Positions 1 through 12,573 are shown, counted from the stretch's first letter. The stretch: DNA of 64,000 nt from Azolla caroliniana (GCA_043228905.1 JBHGNT010000021.1:4340001-4404000), one strand, 5' to 3'. A program made the numbers and translations. The notes: generated by a model not told the origin, from the letters alone.

Positions 1-1645
1 GTACAGTTTTGATGACTCGCTTCAACTGTCGAGGCAGGACTTCATGGCTTGGATGGAAAGCCTCGGAAAAGGGAGGAACACGTCGGCGCTCCTCCAGGAG
101 TTCGAAAAACAATTGGCGCGGCTGTCGGCGCTGGACCGAACCGTGCTCAAAATTAGTCGAGTACTACTGTTTGTCAAGTCGGTGGACGCGCTCGACAGGG
201 AAAAGGTGGGTCCCCTATTGGAGACGGACGAAGGGCTCACGACAGACTGGGCCGTGGTAAAACGAGTCTGCAGCCGTTTCAACAAACGGCGCGAGTGGAG
301 CGACGAAAGCTCGTCGGAGTCAGGACCGGTCCCGACGAGGAGGCTCGAGGAGCCGGTATCAGTGCAAGCCGGTAGGAAGGAAGAGACCCGAATTTGGCTG
401 GAGTCGGGGTCGACATCGAACAACGTGGTCAAAGGCCCATCCGGAGGAGCGGCTCTAGAGGAGCTGACACAGATGGTGCGCGACCTGTAGATCGCACAGG
501 CCCGGAGAGACAACAGCGAACAACCTCGCGATCGGAGGCCGCCGACTAGGCAGCGGTGCATGTGGTGTGACGCGATCGGTCACATTCGGAAGGATTGCGT
601 GGATTTCGCTGATGCACTCAGGACCAACGTGGTGTACCTCTGGAACGGGCGGGTGCATGCGAGCGAGACCCGGAGAGCCCTAGAATTGAATACGGGGCAC
701 AACGGAATGAAGAGGTTGATGGAAGAGGCCGCGACACGGCATGTAGAAGCCGTTAACTACTTAGTGTCGGCGGGAATTCGGGTCGGGGGTGATGAGACCT
801 GGAAGGCGAAGGACTCCGGATTCTGGCCGCTAGTGCTAGAAGGCCTCTCCGGAGTTCGGTTGAAGAAGGAAGAGGCAGACCGCGTGGAACAACGGGTCTA
901 GGAGGTCACCGGATGGGACGATCCGGTCGAAGAGAAAACGGGCTTCATAGAAGCCGCTTGCCAGAACTACGAGGTTCTGGTGGAAGACAAACGGGCAGGA
1001 AAGGCCGGAGGGGTCGGCCCCCCGCAGAGGTACGAGACCCGGTTCGGATCGAAACCGATCGGTGCCGGCAACCCAAGTGCGTTGGATGGGAAGAAGCAGG
1101 CGGGGTTTTGGTTGAGCACCGAAATCGAGAGAGCAACGGACGTACAAAAGGTCCTTGAAGAGCGGATCCTCGACAGTAAAGTGGAGCTGTCGTTGCGGGA
1201 GGTGCTGGGAATCGCCAAGAGGGAGTTCCACGACTCCATCGTAGACTTGGTGAAGTGGAAGAGGCTCTCGACGGAGCTGGAACCGGAGAAGCCGGTGGAG
1301 GTGCAGACTACGCACTTAGAAGACACAGTCCTAGAAGACGAGTTGGCGGAAAGCCACTATGCGAAGCCGCATTGGGCCAGGGCAACTACAGAAACCCCTG
1401 TGCGGATCGACAATGTTCTGGAACCGGTGGTGGCCTTGGTAGACCATGGATCCCCTGATGTCCATGGATTTCTACAAGAAGGATAAATGGCCGATCAACA
1501 CCAAGCATGGGTGGAAGATACGCGCAACGACGCGTGCTACGGAGGAGCTACATGGTGCGTGCCCGAATGTACGCGTAAAGATCGGTGACGTCGAGATAGA
1601 TCAACATTTCTTCGTGCAGGAAACATCCTCGCACCTGGTGATTCC
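1..1645 (+). pseudogene. gag-protease of copy A (fragmented)
   Basis: ORFs 44-490, 560-901 (CX2CX4HX4C knuckle), 980-1486 (VVALVDHGS) and 1446 onward. Homologous to the gag-PR of copies B, C and D. Confidence 0.85.
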
Positions 1646-4600
1646 AGTCTCTTTTGACGACACCTTGGGCGAGTTGCGAAAGGTGATCGGTGAAGACCTT
1701 AGAGAAGACTGGACCGTTCCGGTTAGTTCGATGGGAATGTACGAAGTCATCGCGTACTTCGGGGAAAGGATCGGGTCGGATCGGACGGCCCGCGTGGATA
1801 CAAAGTACAAGATTGTGGACCAGAAGGTGAGGCCAATCGCGGCACCCTTGCCGAAGGGTAGCGAGGAGCAGATAAAAGGGGTCGCGTCGGACCCAAGTTT
1901 ACGGAATCCGGCTGGCATAGGGCACCGGTTCACCGACATAACGCTACAGGAGCTCAAGGTCGGTGGGGGTGGCTTTCTACTGCCGGCGGAGGAGGACAGG
2001 TAGCGGAGAATGCTCAGAAGGCATGGGAAAGCCTTCGCGTTCTCGCCGGAGGAGATCGGGTGCATGGACTCGATGATCGTCGAACCGATGGTGATCTTCA
2101 TGGTACCGCATGTACCGTGGAATCTCAAACCGATTCCGGTGCCGAGAGCTCACATCCCGAAGTTGATGGAGCTTCTAAAGCAAAAGGTGGAGATGGGCAT
2201 CCTCGAACCGTCGAGTGCCCCGTATTCGAATCGGTGGTTTACAGTGCCGAAGAAGAACGGCATGCTACGCTTCATTCAGGACTTGCAACCGGTCAACAGG
2301 GTGACCATCCGTAATGTAGGAATCGGACCAACCATAGACGAGTTTGCGGAGGCCTTCGCTGGAAGGTTGATCTATTCGGTCGGTGACTTATACTCGGGGT
2401 ACGACCAGTTCCAGCTAGCCGTGGAGAGCAAGGATATCACGACGATGCGAACCCCTCTCGGCCTAGTACGGATGTGTACCCTACCACAAGGCGGGACAAA
2501 TTCGGTGGCGCATATGGTGAACGCAATGAACAAGGTGCTGAGGGAGTACATCCCGGACATCACCATGCCATTCTTGGACGACATCCCGATAAAGGGGTGT
2601 CTGGTGGAAGATGTGGACGAGACTGTAGGGCCAGACGGATGCCGGAGGTTCGTCGTGAACCACATCAACGACTGCGAGAAGGTGTTGCAGAGGCTCGAGA
2701 GCGCACGACTCACCTTCTCCGGGGAAAAATTGGCTTTCGGACCGTCGGAGATCTTGGTGGTCGGACACCTATGTGGGCCTTACGGTAGGAAACCGTCTCT
2801 GGAAAAGGTAGAGGCCATCTCCGCGATGAGGAACGATTGTGGGTCGGTTAAGGAGGTCCGCAGATTCTTGGGTTCATGCGCGTTCTACCACATCTGGATC
2901 CCCCACTACGCACATGTCGCGGAACCCCTCTACGGACTATTGAAAGGAGGGTGTAGCTTTGAGTGGAGGACGAAGCACATGGAGTCGGTCCGGAGACTAA
3001 AGGAGGCGCTTACGGTAGCGCCAGCTCTCCGTAAAGCGGTTTATGGCAAGGGAGTCCCCATCTACGTGATGGTGGACACGAGCCCGACCAGGATCGGGTG
3101 GGTGATCAATCAGGAGGACGAGGACGACGTACAGTTCCTGATCTGGTTCGGGGCGAAGGTATTGAGCGAGCGGCAGCGAGGATACGCCCAAGTCAAGTGC
3201 GAACTATGGGGTATCGTTTCGGCAGTCACGGCCGACAGGGACTACCTGATCAGGACGGAGGTAATAATCGAGACAGACTGCCTGGCGATACTCGGCATGG
3301 TTTCCGGATGCACGACGCCGGACCTAGCAATGCTCCGGTGGATAGCGTAAATTAAGTCCATGAACCTAAAGATACGACACATCTCCGGAAAGGATAACGC
3401 CATGGCGGACATGCTTTCGAGAGAGAGGTTCAATGATGAAGACGACATGGTTTCGGATGACGAAGAAGTTGGCGAGGACTTCTTCGGGTTGACTAACGTG
3501 ACGACGAGGAAAGGGGACACTCCGACGCTTAGAGAATTCGACGAAAGTAGGTACGACGGGGAGTGGCTCCAAATCGAGAGGTTCCTACGGGCGATGACAC
3601 CGGACGCAACGTGGACGAGAGAAGAGGCGAGCCGGGTATGGAAGAATGCGTACCAATTCTTCCTACGGGACGGGTGCATATGGAGGCACCCAAAGAAAAG
3701 AAACGGTATCCCGCTCCGAGTAGTGACAAAGAAAGAAGAACATGAGGAATTACTAGCGGCATTTCATGAGAGTCCCTGGGCTGGGCACCACGGAACGTGG
3801 GCCACATTCGAGAAGCTGAAGAAGAAGTACTGGTGGCCGGGGTTGTACCGGGATATGCATCGGTTCGTAACGACTTGCGAAAGGTATTAGATGCACTCCG
3901 TAGTCCGACATCGGGACGAGCTACACTCGACCTACCCGCCTACGGTCCATTTCAAGTGGATGGTGGACTTCGTGATGATGTCGATGGGAGTAGGACAGAT
4001 GCGGTACCTGGTGCTTGTGCGGGAAGAATTAACGAACCAGGTGGAAGGCCGTGCACTGCAGAACAAGACAACCGCGGCAGTATACCGGTTCCTGATCGAA
4101 GAGGTAGTGTGTCGGTACGGGTGCGTCGGGAGGATCGTGGCGGACCGGGGAGAGCTAGATGCGCAGGAAGCTGAGGAGCTGTTCGACCGGCTAGGGGTCA
4201 AACTCTCCCTCACTACGGCGTACAATCCGGAGGCGAACGGGAAGGTAGAACATGGGCATGGGCCGATCGTAAAGGCGTTGGTGCGTGCATGCGGAGGGCA
4301 GGTCGGGAATTGGCCGCGGCTCCTTCCTTACGCACTATGGGCGGACCGAACTACGCATAGTTCGGTGACAGGGTTTATGCCGGCAGAGCTTATGTATGGA
4401 CAGAAGCCGATCATGACGGTGGAACGGACGGTATCTTCGTGGGCAGCGGTAGATTGGAAGGACGAGATGAGCCAGGAGGAGTTGCTGACGGCGCGGATTC
4501 GGTAACTCGAGCGGAGGCCGGAGTACATGAAAAGGGCGAAGGAAAAGTTGCGGGCGGCAAGGGAGCGGAATAAGACCCGGTTCAACCGGATGCACCGATT

Positions 4601-4907
4601 GCGACCAAAGAAGATTGAGGAAGGCGACTGGGTCTTGGTTTACGACAGCAGCCTCGGCAATCAGCACAAGGCGGTGCGAAAGTTCGCGAAGAGATGGTTC
4701 GGGCCCTACACGGTGATGAGCGCGAACGACAACGACATGTACCACCTAGCGGAACTCGACGGGACACGGTTAGCGGTACCGGTGGCCGGGAAGTGGGTCA
4801 AAGCGTTCAAGAAGTGGTTCGAGGACGAGTCGGACCCTGAGGGCGTGGACGAGAGCGACGACGACGATCAGTTCGGGCCCGACGAAGAATCAGAGAGCGA
4901 CGAGTGA
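1646..4907 (+). pseudogene. pol (RT-RNase H-integrase) of copy A
   Basis: ORFs 2010-3350 (RT/RNase H), 3360-3890, 3891-4505 (integrase core, YNPEANGKVE) and 4527-4907 (WFGPY, acidic tail), separated by in-frame stops. Confidence 0.9.
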
Positions 4908-4959
4908 AGCCGGTTTTCTTCGGTATCTACCCGTCTCTGGCGCATGCCGGTGGATGCGT

Positions 4960-4976
4960 GGTTTGGTGGGGGTGGA
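4960..4976 (+). promoter_or_regulatory. polypurine tract of copy A
   Basis: GGTTTGGTGGGGGTGGA lies directly before the TG of the 3' LTR. Near-identical tracts abut the 3' LTRs of B, C and D. Confidence 0.8.
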
Positions 4977-5638
4977 TGTCGTGAAGAAAACCGGCCATAG
5001 GTGGAATCAGAGAAAAAGGCGCATGAACCGGCTCTTACATGGGTGGACGCGAGAATTGATATTTTGTACATAATTCATAATTAGGTCGGCTGATGTAAAT
5101 ACTAGGTAGTACACATTTATTAGGGGATTTGTGCGTATCTCTGTCAAAAGTGACATGGAATAAAGCGATTTGACTAGGGGAGAAGGGTCTCCCCTTGGCG
5201 AACTATTTAAGGAAGGAGAGAAGGAAGAAAAGGGACGACGCATTGGCGAGGACGAAGTGCTGCTGCAGAACCGAGTGCCAAGCTCTCTCTCCTCCGATCG
5301 TCGTTCTCTGTGGGTGTCGAGCGTTCGCTGCCTCTGCTTCGTGGACAACCCGTGTGCTTCCAGTAGAGGCTCTCCCCCCTTTTGATTCTTCGAGGCGAGT
5401 GGTTGTCGTCTGTGTGCGTGAGTAGGACCCAGTGTCAGGTCCATTACCGGTTTGCCGGTTGTAATTGTTCAAGTTGTAAGCTACTGATTATAGTCATCGG
5501 ATCCCTGTTTCTTGCTCTTATTTTCTTTCTGTGTGTCTGCAAATCTCTCTCTCTCTCTCTCTCTCTCCCACTCTCTCCTTGGTCCAAGACTCCCGTGGTC
5601 CCGCCTCTTCCTACACGCACGTGCGAAACTTCGCGACA
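4977..5638 (+). repeat. 3' LTR of copy A (662 bp)
   Basis: Termini TGTCG...CGACA, follows the PPT, and its 5' part aligns with the LTR of copy D (25346 onward). Confidence 0.9.
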
Positions 5639-7735
5639 CCGTATAAAGGCTTCCTGAGTCGGCAGACTGCTTTCTGGTGTTTACTCCATTCGAAACCAGG
5701 TGGTTGAATCATGAAAACATCCTCTTCTAATTCGCCTTGTAGGAAGGCATTCTTCACATCCATTTGGTGGAGGTGCCACCCTTTTGCAGTTGTAAGAGTG
5801 ATGATTGTTCGAACAATCATCATCTTTGCCACAGGGGCAAATGTCTCCTCGTAATCGACTCCATGTGTTTGGGCATATCCCTTAGCTATGAATCGTGCTT
5901 TGTAGCAATCTACCGAACCATCAACATTGTATTCTACCTTATATACTGCAACCGATCGCTTTCTTTTGTGGCGAGTGGGGGACGAGATCCCATGTCTCGT
6001 TTTTGCTTAGAGCTTGCATTTCTTCATTCATGGCTTCGATCCATCGTGGATCTTTGGCTACCTCAGAAAAGGTTTCCGGTTCTCGGACTGTCACCACCTT
6101 CATCATAAAGGCATAATAATATGCCATATACTCATCGTAGCTGAATCGGTTGACCGTGTTTTTCTCTCGGGTGGAGCAACGAAGCTTCTTGTTTGCAAAG
6201 GCTAAGGCTTTCTTCGCTCCATTTGTGCGGATGAGTGGGATGTCACGGCCTTCGAACTCACTATCAAGGGAGTGAGTTGATTCATTGTTGATCGAATCGT
6301 CATATTCTGGCATTTTGGCCTTCCCTTTATCTACCTTCGAACTCGACCGAGATGTGCTTTGGTCACTCGATGGCTCTTGTGGTCCGCTCAACCTTGTTGT
6401 AATCGGACTTTCTTCGAACATGCTCAGTCGAACTTCGTCTTCTATCTCTTGTTCAGCCGATTCCGGGTCAACTAGAGTCGAAATCAAAGTCGTCTCTGGT
6501 TCGTACTAGTATGCTGACTCGTCGAAAATGACGTCTCGACTTACTCAAACTTTTCAGGTACATGGATTGTAACATTGGTACCCCTTTTGTTCGAGTGAGT
6601 ACCCTACGAGGATACATTTCTCCGACTTCGGGTCGAGCTTTTATCACTTGTCGTCGAGAATATCATAGGTGATCGAGCCAAATATCCGGATATGTGATAG
6701 ATTCAGCTTCTTTCCGAGAAACTTCTCATGAGGGGTTACGTCGTGTACCCCCAAAGGTTGTACAACTATTCATGAGGTAGATGGTTGTGTTAGCCGCTTC
6801 TGCCTAGTACGATTTCAGCAGATGTTTCTCTTTCATCATGGCCCTTGCCACCTCTACTATGTGCCGATTTTTTCGTTCGGCTACTCCGTTTTGGTGAGGT
6901 GTGTGTCGGCACAAGAACTCTTGTGGAATTCCTTCCTTTCGGAGATACGCCGTAAATTCATCCGAGAAATACTGCTTGCCTCCATCCGATTGAAGGCATC
7001 GGACATGCCGGCCTGTTGCCTTTTCGACTTCGTTTTTTAATTTTTGGAAGTGTTCGAACACTTCACTCTTTTGCCGCATGGGGTAAATTCTGGTGTGCCT
7101 AGAGAAGTCGTCGATAAACGTGACATAGTATTGACATCCGCCGAATGTGGCTATCTGTGCCGGTCCCCATACCCCTAAATGTACAACATCCAGGATCGCT
7201 TTGCTCATGTTCCTCTCTTTTAGGAATGATTGTCGGTGTCATTTGCCGAATTGACAGGCTTCCCATACACTCATCATCTCCTTTTCGGTGAAAGTCAGGA
7301 GTCCAATCGTGACTCCTTTCGATTGCATGCCTTTGAGCTTCTGGAGGTTGATGTGGTCAATTCGTTTGTGGCACAGTTTCAAGTCAGTTTTGACTATGAG
7401 GCCTTTCGCAAACATAGCCAACTTCACCTTGTTGGATTTGAGGATGAACATTCGGCCTTCTCTTCGACCGTGAGCTACTAGTAGGCCTTCTTTCTCAATA
7501 AAGCACCCTTCGGTATTGAATCATACTTGCGTCCCTTGTTTGACAATTTGGCCTACGGAGACCACGTTTTTCGTGATAGTTGGGGCATGCAACACATTCT
7601 TGAGGTAGGTTTGTTTGTCGTTGTCGCAATAATATGCGCGTGCGTGTAGAAGGGGCGGGACCACGGGGGTCTCAGACGAGGGAGAAAAGGGATGCCAAGA
7701 AAACCGACACCGGACACGACCCGGATGCAATCAAA

Positions 7736-7775
<40 letters not shown>

Positions 7776-9097
7776 GAGGGAGAGCATGCGCGCGACACCG
7801 ACTCTTATGCATAAGAAACGAAGGGGTTGTGCTCCCGACACCACCAAACACCAATATGCACAAACAGATATGAGTATGTATATTGCAGGAGAAAGAATAC
7901 AACTGTCATACCCAAATGGGACATTTCCAATATGCCGAATCGGGTGAGTTGTGTCATCTCTGGTTTTGACATAGCCGGGTCAATCGGGCTTTCTCAACTC
8001 TCAGAACCAATCTTCGTGAGACGTCATATGATTGGACGTTCTAAAGTCTACAAACCATACATCGTCTGGGGAAGAGTTATTAGTCGGACCCTGTGCCAAC
8101 ATCGAATGCGCTTTATGCCTCTTTACAAACATCCTGCCATGATCATCATAATCGGAATTCGTGCCATAGTTCATGAGTTGTCAGCTAGTCGAAGCCGACT
8201 CTTGATTCTTCTTTCAACACTCCACTTCGTAGTAGCCAAGTTTTCCATATTTGTCAGTACCCGCATTCGATCAGGTTGTTGTGATGGTTCAGTCCATCAG
8301 GATGGCTCCCCCTTCTGCTGAACTCCCTAGAATTGCTCCTATCGACTTGCCAATGGTGGGTGTTGAGTTGTCAGGTCGGTTCACCTTGTCGCCCTCGTCT
8401 GAATCCTCTTCTATCGTCCGACTGGAGTAGAGCAGATGACCATCGGGTGCATGGCTCCTTTGTCGAGCGCGATTTTCTTCCACCAATAGTATCGAGTGAA
8501 GGTCGAAAAAGGAAGGTGTATTCTCCCTTGCGAGAATGACCGATTTAATCGTGTCGAATCATGGTGCTAAGCCGGCGAGGCATATTTGCACCATTTCGTC
8601 ATCGTCGATGACGACGTTGATCGATCCGAGGGCATCGCACAACTCCTTGATCTTCAAGGTATAGCTGGTGATCAACATGTCCCTCTGTTGCATATTGTTT
8701 AACTCCTGTCGAAGTTGGAGCTTATGTGCAGTCGTGTTGACTGCAAAAATCTTCTTGAGGTTGCCCCAACCTTCTTTAGGCGTTTTTGACTCTCGAATAT
8801 AGCCGAGCATGTGATTCATACACATGATGCAAGACAATACAAATACAACACACGGCTTGCGGCCTACTCCCATGCTGGGTAGTCGGCGTGTGTTGGGTTG
8901 GGTTGTAATTCATGAGCTCCTTTGATATAGGTCCAGTAACCTTGTCCGACAAGGTATTGATGCATCTTGTATTCCCAATATGCAAAGTTTGTCCCGTCGA
9001 GCTTCTCCGTAGGAAGAGTGCTTCCCATTTGAGTATTCATGATGTCAATTTCTTCTCTATTGTTGAACCGGTTCTGTTGATCGTCGGTGTGTAGCAC
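5639..9097 (-). pseudogene. copia gag-pol polyprotein, fragmented
   Basis: ORFs 8864-9097, 8559-8873, 7239-7451 (GAG-pre-integrase-like), 6804-7208, 5939-6487 and 5611-5832. Confidence 0.88.
7622..7903 (-). repeat. truncated LTR fragment (U5 end) of the gypsy family inserted in the copia protease region
   Basis: Reverse complement ends GTGGTCCCGCCCCTTCTACACGCACGCGCA...GCGACA like the LTR ends of A and D. It interrupts copia GNVPFG...KQTYLKNVLH and contains (GA)n. Right boundary is approximate. Confidence 0.75.
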
Positions 9098-9132
9098 AAC
9101 ACAATCAATTAAGCTTGATTAGATAACCACAC

Positions 9133-9144
9133 ACTCTGATACCA
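9133..9144 (-). promoter_or_regulatory. copia primer-binding site (tRNA-iMet)
   Basis: TGGTATCAGAGT on the minus strand, immediately after the LTR's terminal CA. Confidence 0.9.
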
Positions 9145-9224
9145 TGTAAAGAGTGTGAGACATAGCTGGTGTTGTGCAATAGAAGCGAGTTGTGTGTGTG
9201 TGTGTGTGAGTGCACGTGAGGCAC

Positions 9225-9279
<55 letters not shown>

Positions 9280-9465
9280 AACAAGAAGATGTATTAGTAA
9301 AAAGATAAATTACATCCAACAGTAACTAAGTTACAAAGAGTTGGTTTAAATACCAACTTGTCTAGGGCAAGTGCCCTTTCTACTAATTACAAAACTAGCC
9401 TAGTATGATGGTCACTGACTAGTGTGAACATTATCTGTATGGGAAGTTGAGTTCGATTCTCAACA
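9145..9465 (-). repeat. 5' LTR of the copia element (321 bp)
   Basis: Minus-strand termini TGTTGAG...TTTACA, adjacent to the PBS; contains (TC)n and (CA)n. Confidence 0.85.
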
Positions 9466-9613
9466 GAGATCTAAAATAAATTGAGAATTAAAACAAAATG
9501 TTTGGACTGAATTGAGAGTCATGCCATTTGGGAGAAAGAGCATGTTCTTAAATCTGACTTCCTTGATTTTGATCTGCCATTGTAAAGGTGTAATGTTTTG
9601 GAAATGGGGAGAA

Positions 9614-10792
9614 TGTTATAAGCATAATATTGAGGACCAATTCTATTCCTACTTTTAATTGCTTATGTGTAGGATAGTTGGGAACATTTTATCCTACGAA
9701 CTAAGACAAACCCACATGGACCTATGATACATAAAGGTTCAAGAGCCTTAGGTGTTGGGCTATATAAATGGGACTAGCTACACCCTTCATTACAATTTAC
9801 GATACTTGAGAGGTTGACAAGACTCTATTGGTGAGTCTACGCTCCATTCCCTGAGTATATTATTCAACCATCAATATATAACATATGATAATTTTCGTGT
9901 GTATAAAACATCAATCACATTTTATGTTCGTCTCATGTTCTTCATTTTGTTGAAAAAAATTGGTCCCTCTGGATGGGAAGAACACAAGTTGGATGGTATG
10001 GAGAACTAGCTGGATTGGCCGGAAGGCTGACATCGGACAACGATTGATCTGACCCGCAGTCTGACTCAGCCAAATCGGACTCATCTGATTGGGCTAAATT
10101 TGTAAATAGCCTAGATGTGCCTATTGTGGGCTATATTTGTAAATAGACATACAAGTATGTAAGTATAAATATAGCTAGGGAAAATAGTTAAATGATGATG
10201 ATAGTTGTTGAACAGTTTGGGGTGGTTGTTAGAGGAAGTTGAAGACATTCTCTAGGACTCTCTTTTTATTATTATCGTAATTAGCTTACCCTAGTGGTAA
10301 GTTGTTAACATTATAAGCATTGTTTCTTGGGTTCGAAAACCAAATTTTCTCACTTCTCTCTATTATATACTTCATATATATCTCTTAATTCACTAGATGC
10401 CACTGTGGAATGTAAGGGTTGAACCCATGACCACCTGGTCTCCATTGGGCAACCTTACCAACTGAGCTCTCTCTCTCTCTCTCTTGTTGTTGTCATCCGT
10501 CTACATAGACGAAGACTCTAAGAATTCGGTTGTGGCCAAATTAGACTGTTGTAATAACCCCTATGTGTCAGGGAAGAACACTTTGTATATCCACTCATAG
10601 TGAAATTGTTCTAGAGTCTGTGGGCTCCCATGGTTTTTCCCGTTAGGGTTTTCCACATTAAACTCCAGTGTATTTGTGGTTGTTTTCTTTTGGTTTATAT
10701 CTTGTCTCTCTCTATGTGATCCTACATTCTCTTGTTTTTGGGTAAAGCATACAATTATATTAATTGTACGTAAAACCCACTTAGTTACAACA
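9614..10792 (+). repeat. probable 3' LTR of an older LTR element
   Basis: Purine tract GGAAATGGGGAGAA then TGTTATAA...TTACAACA. Contains the LTR-typical motif TGGTTTTTCCCGTTAGGGTTTTCCAC, similar to the one in the solo LTR at 45802. No partner LTR in the window. Confidence 0.55.
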
Positions 10793-10799
10793 CTTCTTA

Positions 10800-12573
10800 G
10801 TCTCCTCTGCCTATCATATGCCTATATAGGGAGATGGACATCTTGTAATGCCATTAAGAAACCTGAATATGCATTTGAGGAAATAATCCCCACATGATCT
10901 AACATCCAAAATTTCCACATGAGAATACCTTTCAACTTCTTTATATAGGCTTTCACCCCATGTTTACTATCAAACATGGAAGCATTACATATATTCCAAT
11001 AGTGTTGTAGTCCCCAATAACATAAAAATTGGAACAATATCTCCATCTCACCATTTGAACCATTTTGAACATATTGAGAAAAAACCCATTGTTGAGGTCT
11101 CAAATATCAACGAATTAATACTTGCCAAACATACGATAAATACTTCCAAATAGACACACTATAGAACATTTAATGAACCTATGTGTATTGTCCTCCAATT
11201 GAATGGTGCAAAAGAAACAAGTGCTTCACCCTAGTCCTCATCTCTTTAAGGCTGAACCTAATGGAAGCCCACCAATCATGACTCTCCATATGAATACCTT
11301 TGCATGAAATGGTAGATGGGAATGCCAACCATGTTGTAATATTTTCCACCACCTTGCATTCGACTTAGATACATTCCATACCTTTTTTGCTTTAGGTGAT
11401 AACCAAGATAATAACGTCATTGCATGATGATACAATATATTTGTAGTGACCTATAACAAGTGTGTACCATCCTATAACCGCCAATCCACCCAAGGTGCAA
11501 CATTTGTTTTCAATGCCAACAATCCATGCAAGAATGGTATATCTAGTAATTTCTCCCAAATAAATTTATAATTTGGGGGAATACATAACCATCGTTTGGC
11601 ATCTTCAAATTCCGACAACTTTTGAGATTCATTATCAACCACGTGTCCCAAATGTACAACCCCCAATCGAAATAAATGATTGAATTGAGATCTCAACTTC
11701 TCTTTTCCATGCCAAAACAACACTCAAGAAGAAACAAGCAATTCATTTTGTAACGAACTACAAATTTCTCGATCACCTCAAAAAAAAAAATGCATCTTGC
11801 CATGATCTTACCAACTATTGTCCACATATAGAACGTTGAATCTTTAGAGGAATACATCCATTGAGTATTTGTCACCATTATGCTTGAATCTTTGTTTTCC
11901 CATGCACCAATCCTTCATGTTCAATAAAAGATTGCATCATAGATATCCATGGTTGAACCTTAAATTGACATATATCTCGTAATAATGCAAATATACGAGC
12001 CACCAAATGCATTTCCAAATCCAATATTGTTGCACCACCTAACCGTTTGGGAGTAGCCAAATGGTTTCATGAAATCCATGTAACTCCCATTGTTTCTCCT
12101 TTCTACCACAACATGAACCGAAGAGGTTGCAACATATTTTGCAATGCATTCTTAGTCCAAGGAAGTAATGGTAAATAATATAATAACATGGGTATCAAGA
12201 TACATTGCACCACTTTGAGCTGTACATGAAAGGGCCATAATTGAGACTTCCAATACATAAATTTTTCCTTCAATTTACTATCAATCCAATAAATTAGTTG
12301 AACATTCACAACATCAACACCCAATTGATAGCCCAAATGCCGATAAATTGATCCTTGTGTAATCACTGACCGTCGCCATCCCAAACATTCCAAATCACTC
12401 TTCGTACAAGAAATAAGGCGAGGTTTCCTCCAATTTATATGCAACCCTGAAGCCAAGGCAAATTGAACCCAAACTTGCATACTACTGAAGATTTTGTTTT
12501 GAAGCTTGTAAAAACATAAAAAAATCATCAACCAAGGGAATCTTTGGGGTTTCCTACATATATAAAAGGGCAA
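10800..12573 (-). mobile_element. degenerate L1-like LINE ORF2 3' fragment
   Basis: Fragments FALASGLHINWRK, YRHLGYQLG, TPKRLGGATILDL and AKVFIWRVMIGGLP resemble post-RT and zf-RVT regions of plant L1 elements. Confidence 0.7.

Larger units (their letters stand above)
1..5638 (+). mobile_element. Ty3/gypsy-type LTR retrotransposon copy A (5' end outside window), decayed, inserted into the RT of a copia element
   Basis: Domain order is gag zinc knuckle (CMWCDAIGHIRKDC), protease (VDHGS), RT (LPQG...PFLDD), RNase H, integrase (H-H-C-C region, GPY/F), then PPT and a TG...CA LTR. Many stops and frameshifts. Confidence 0.95.
5639..9465 (-). mobile_element. Ty1/copia LTR retrotransposon (5' LTR, PBS, gag, PR, IN, 5' part of RT); remainder lies beyond copy A
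   Basis: Copia order gag (8559-9097), integrase (6804-7208: YYVTFIDDFSR, QNGVAERKNR), RT (QMDVKNAFLQG...RLRKPLYG cut by the LTR of copy A). Met PBS and TG...CA LTR present. Confidence 0.93.

Noticed and set aside
7622-7797. 176-bp mini-element bounded by TGTCG...CGACA (possible TRIM LTR)
   Set aside because: Flanks TCGT and CCGA do not match, and non-copia sequence continues to about 7903, so a truncated LTR is the simpler reading.
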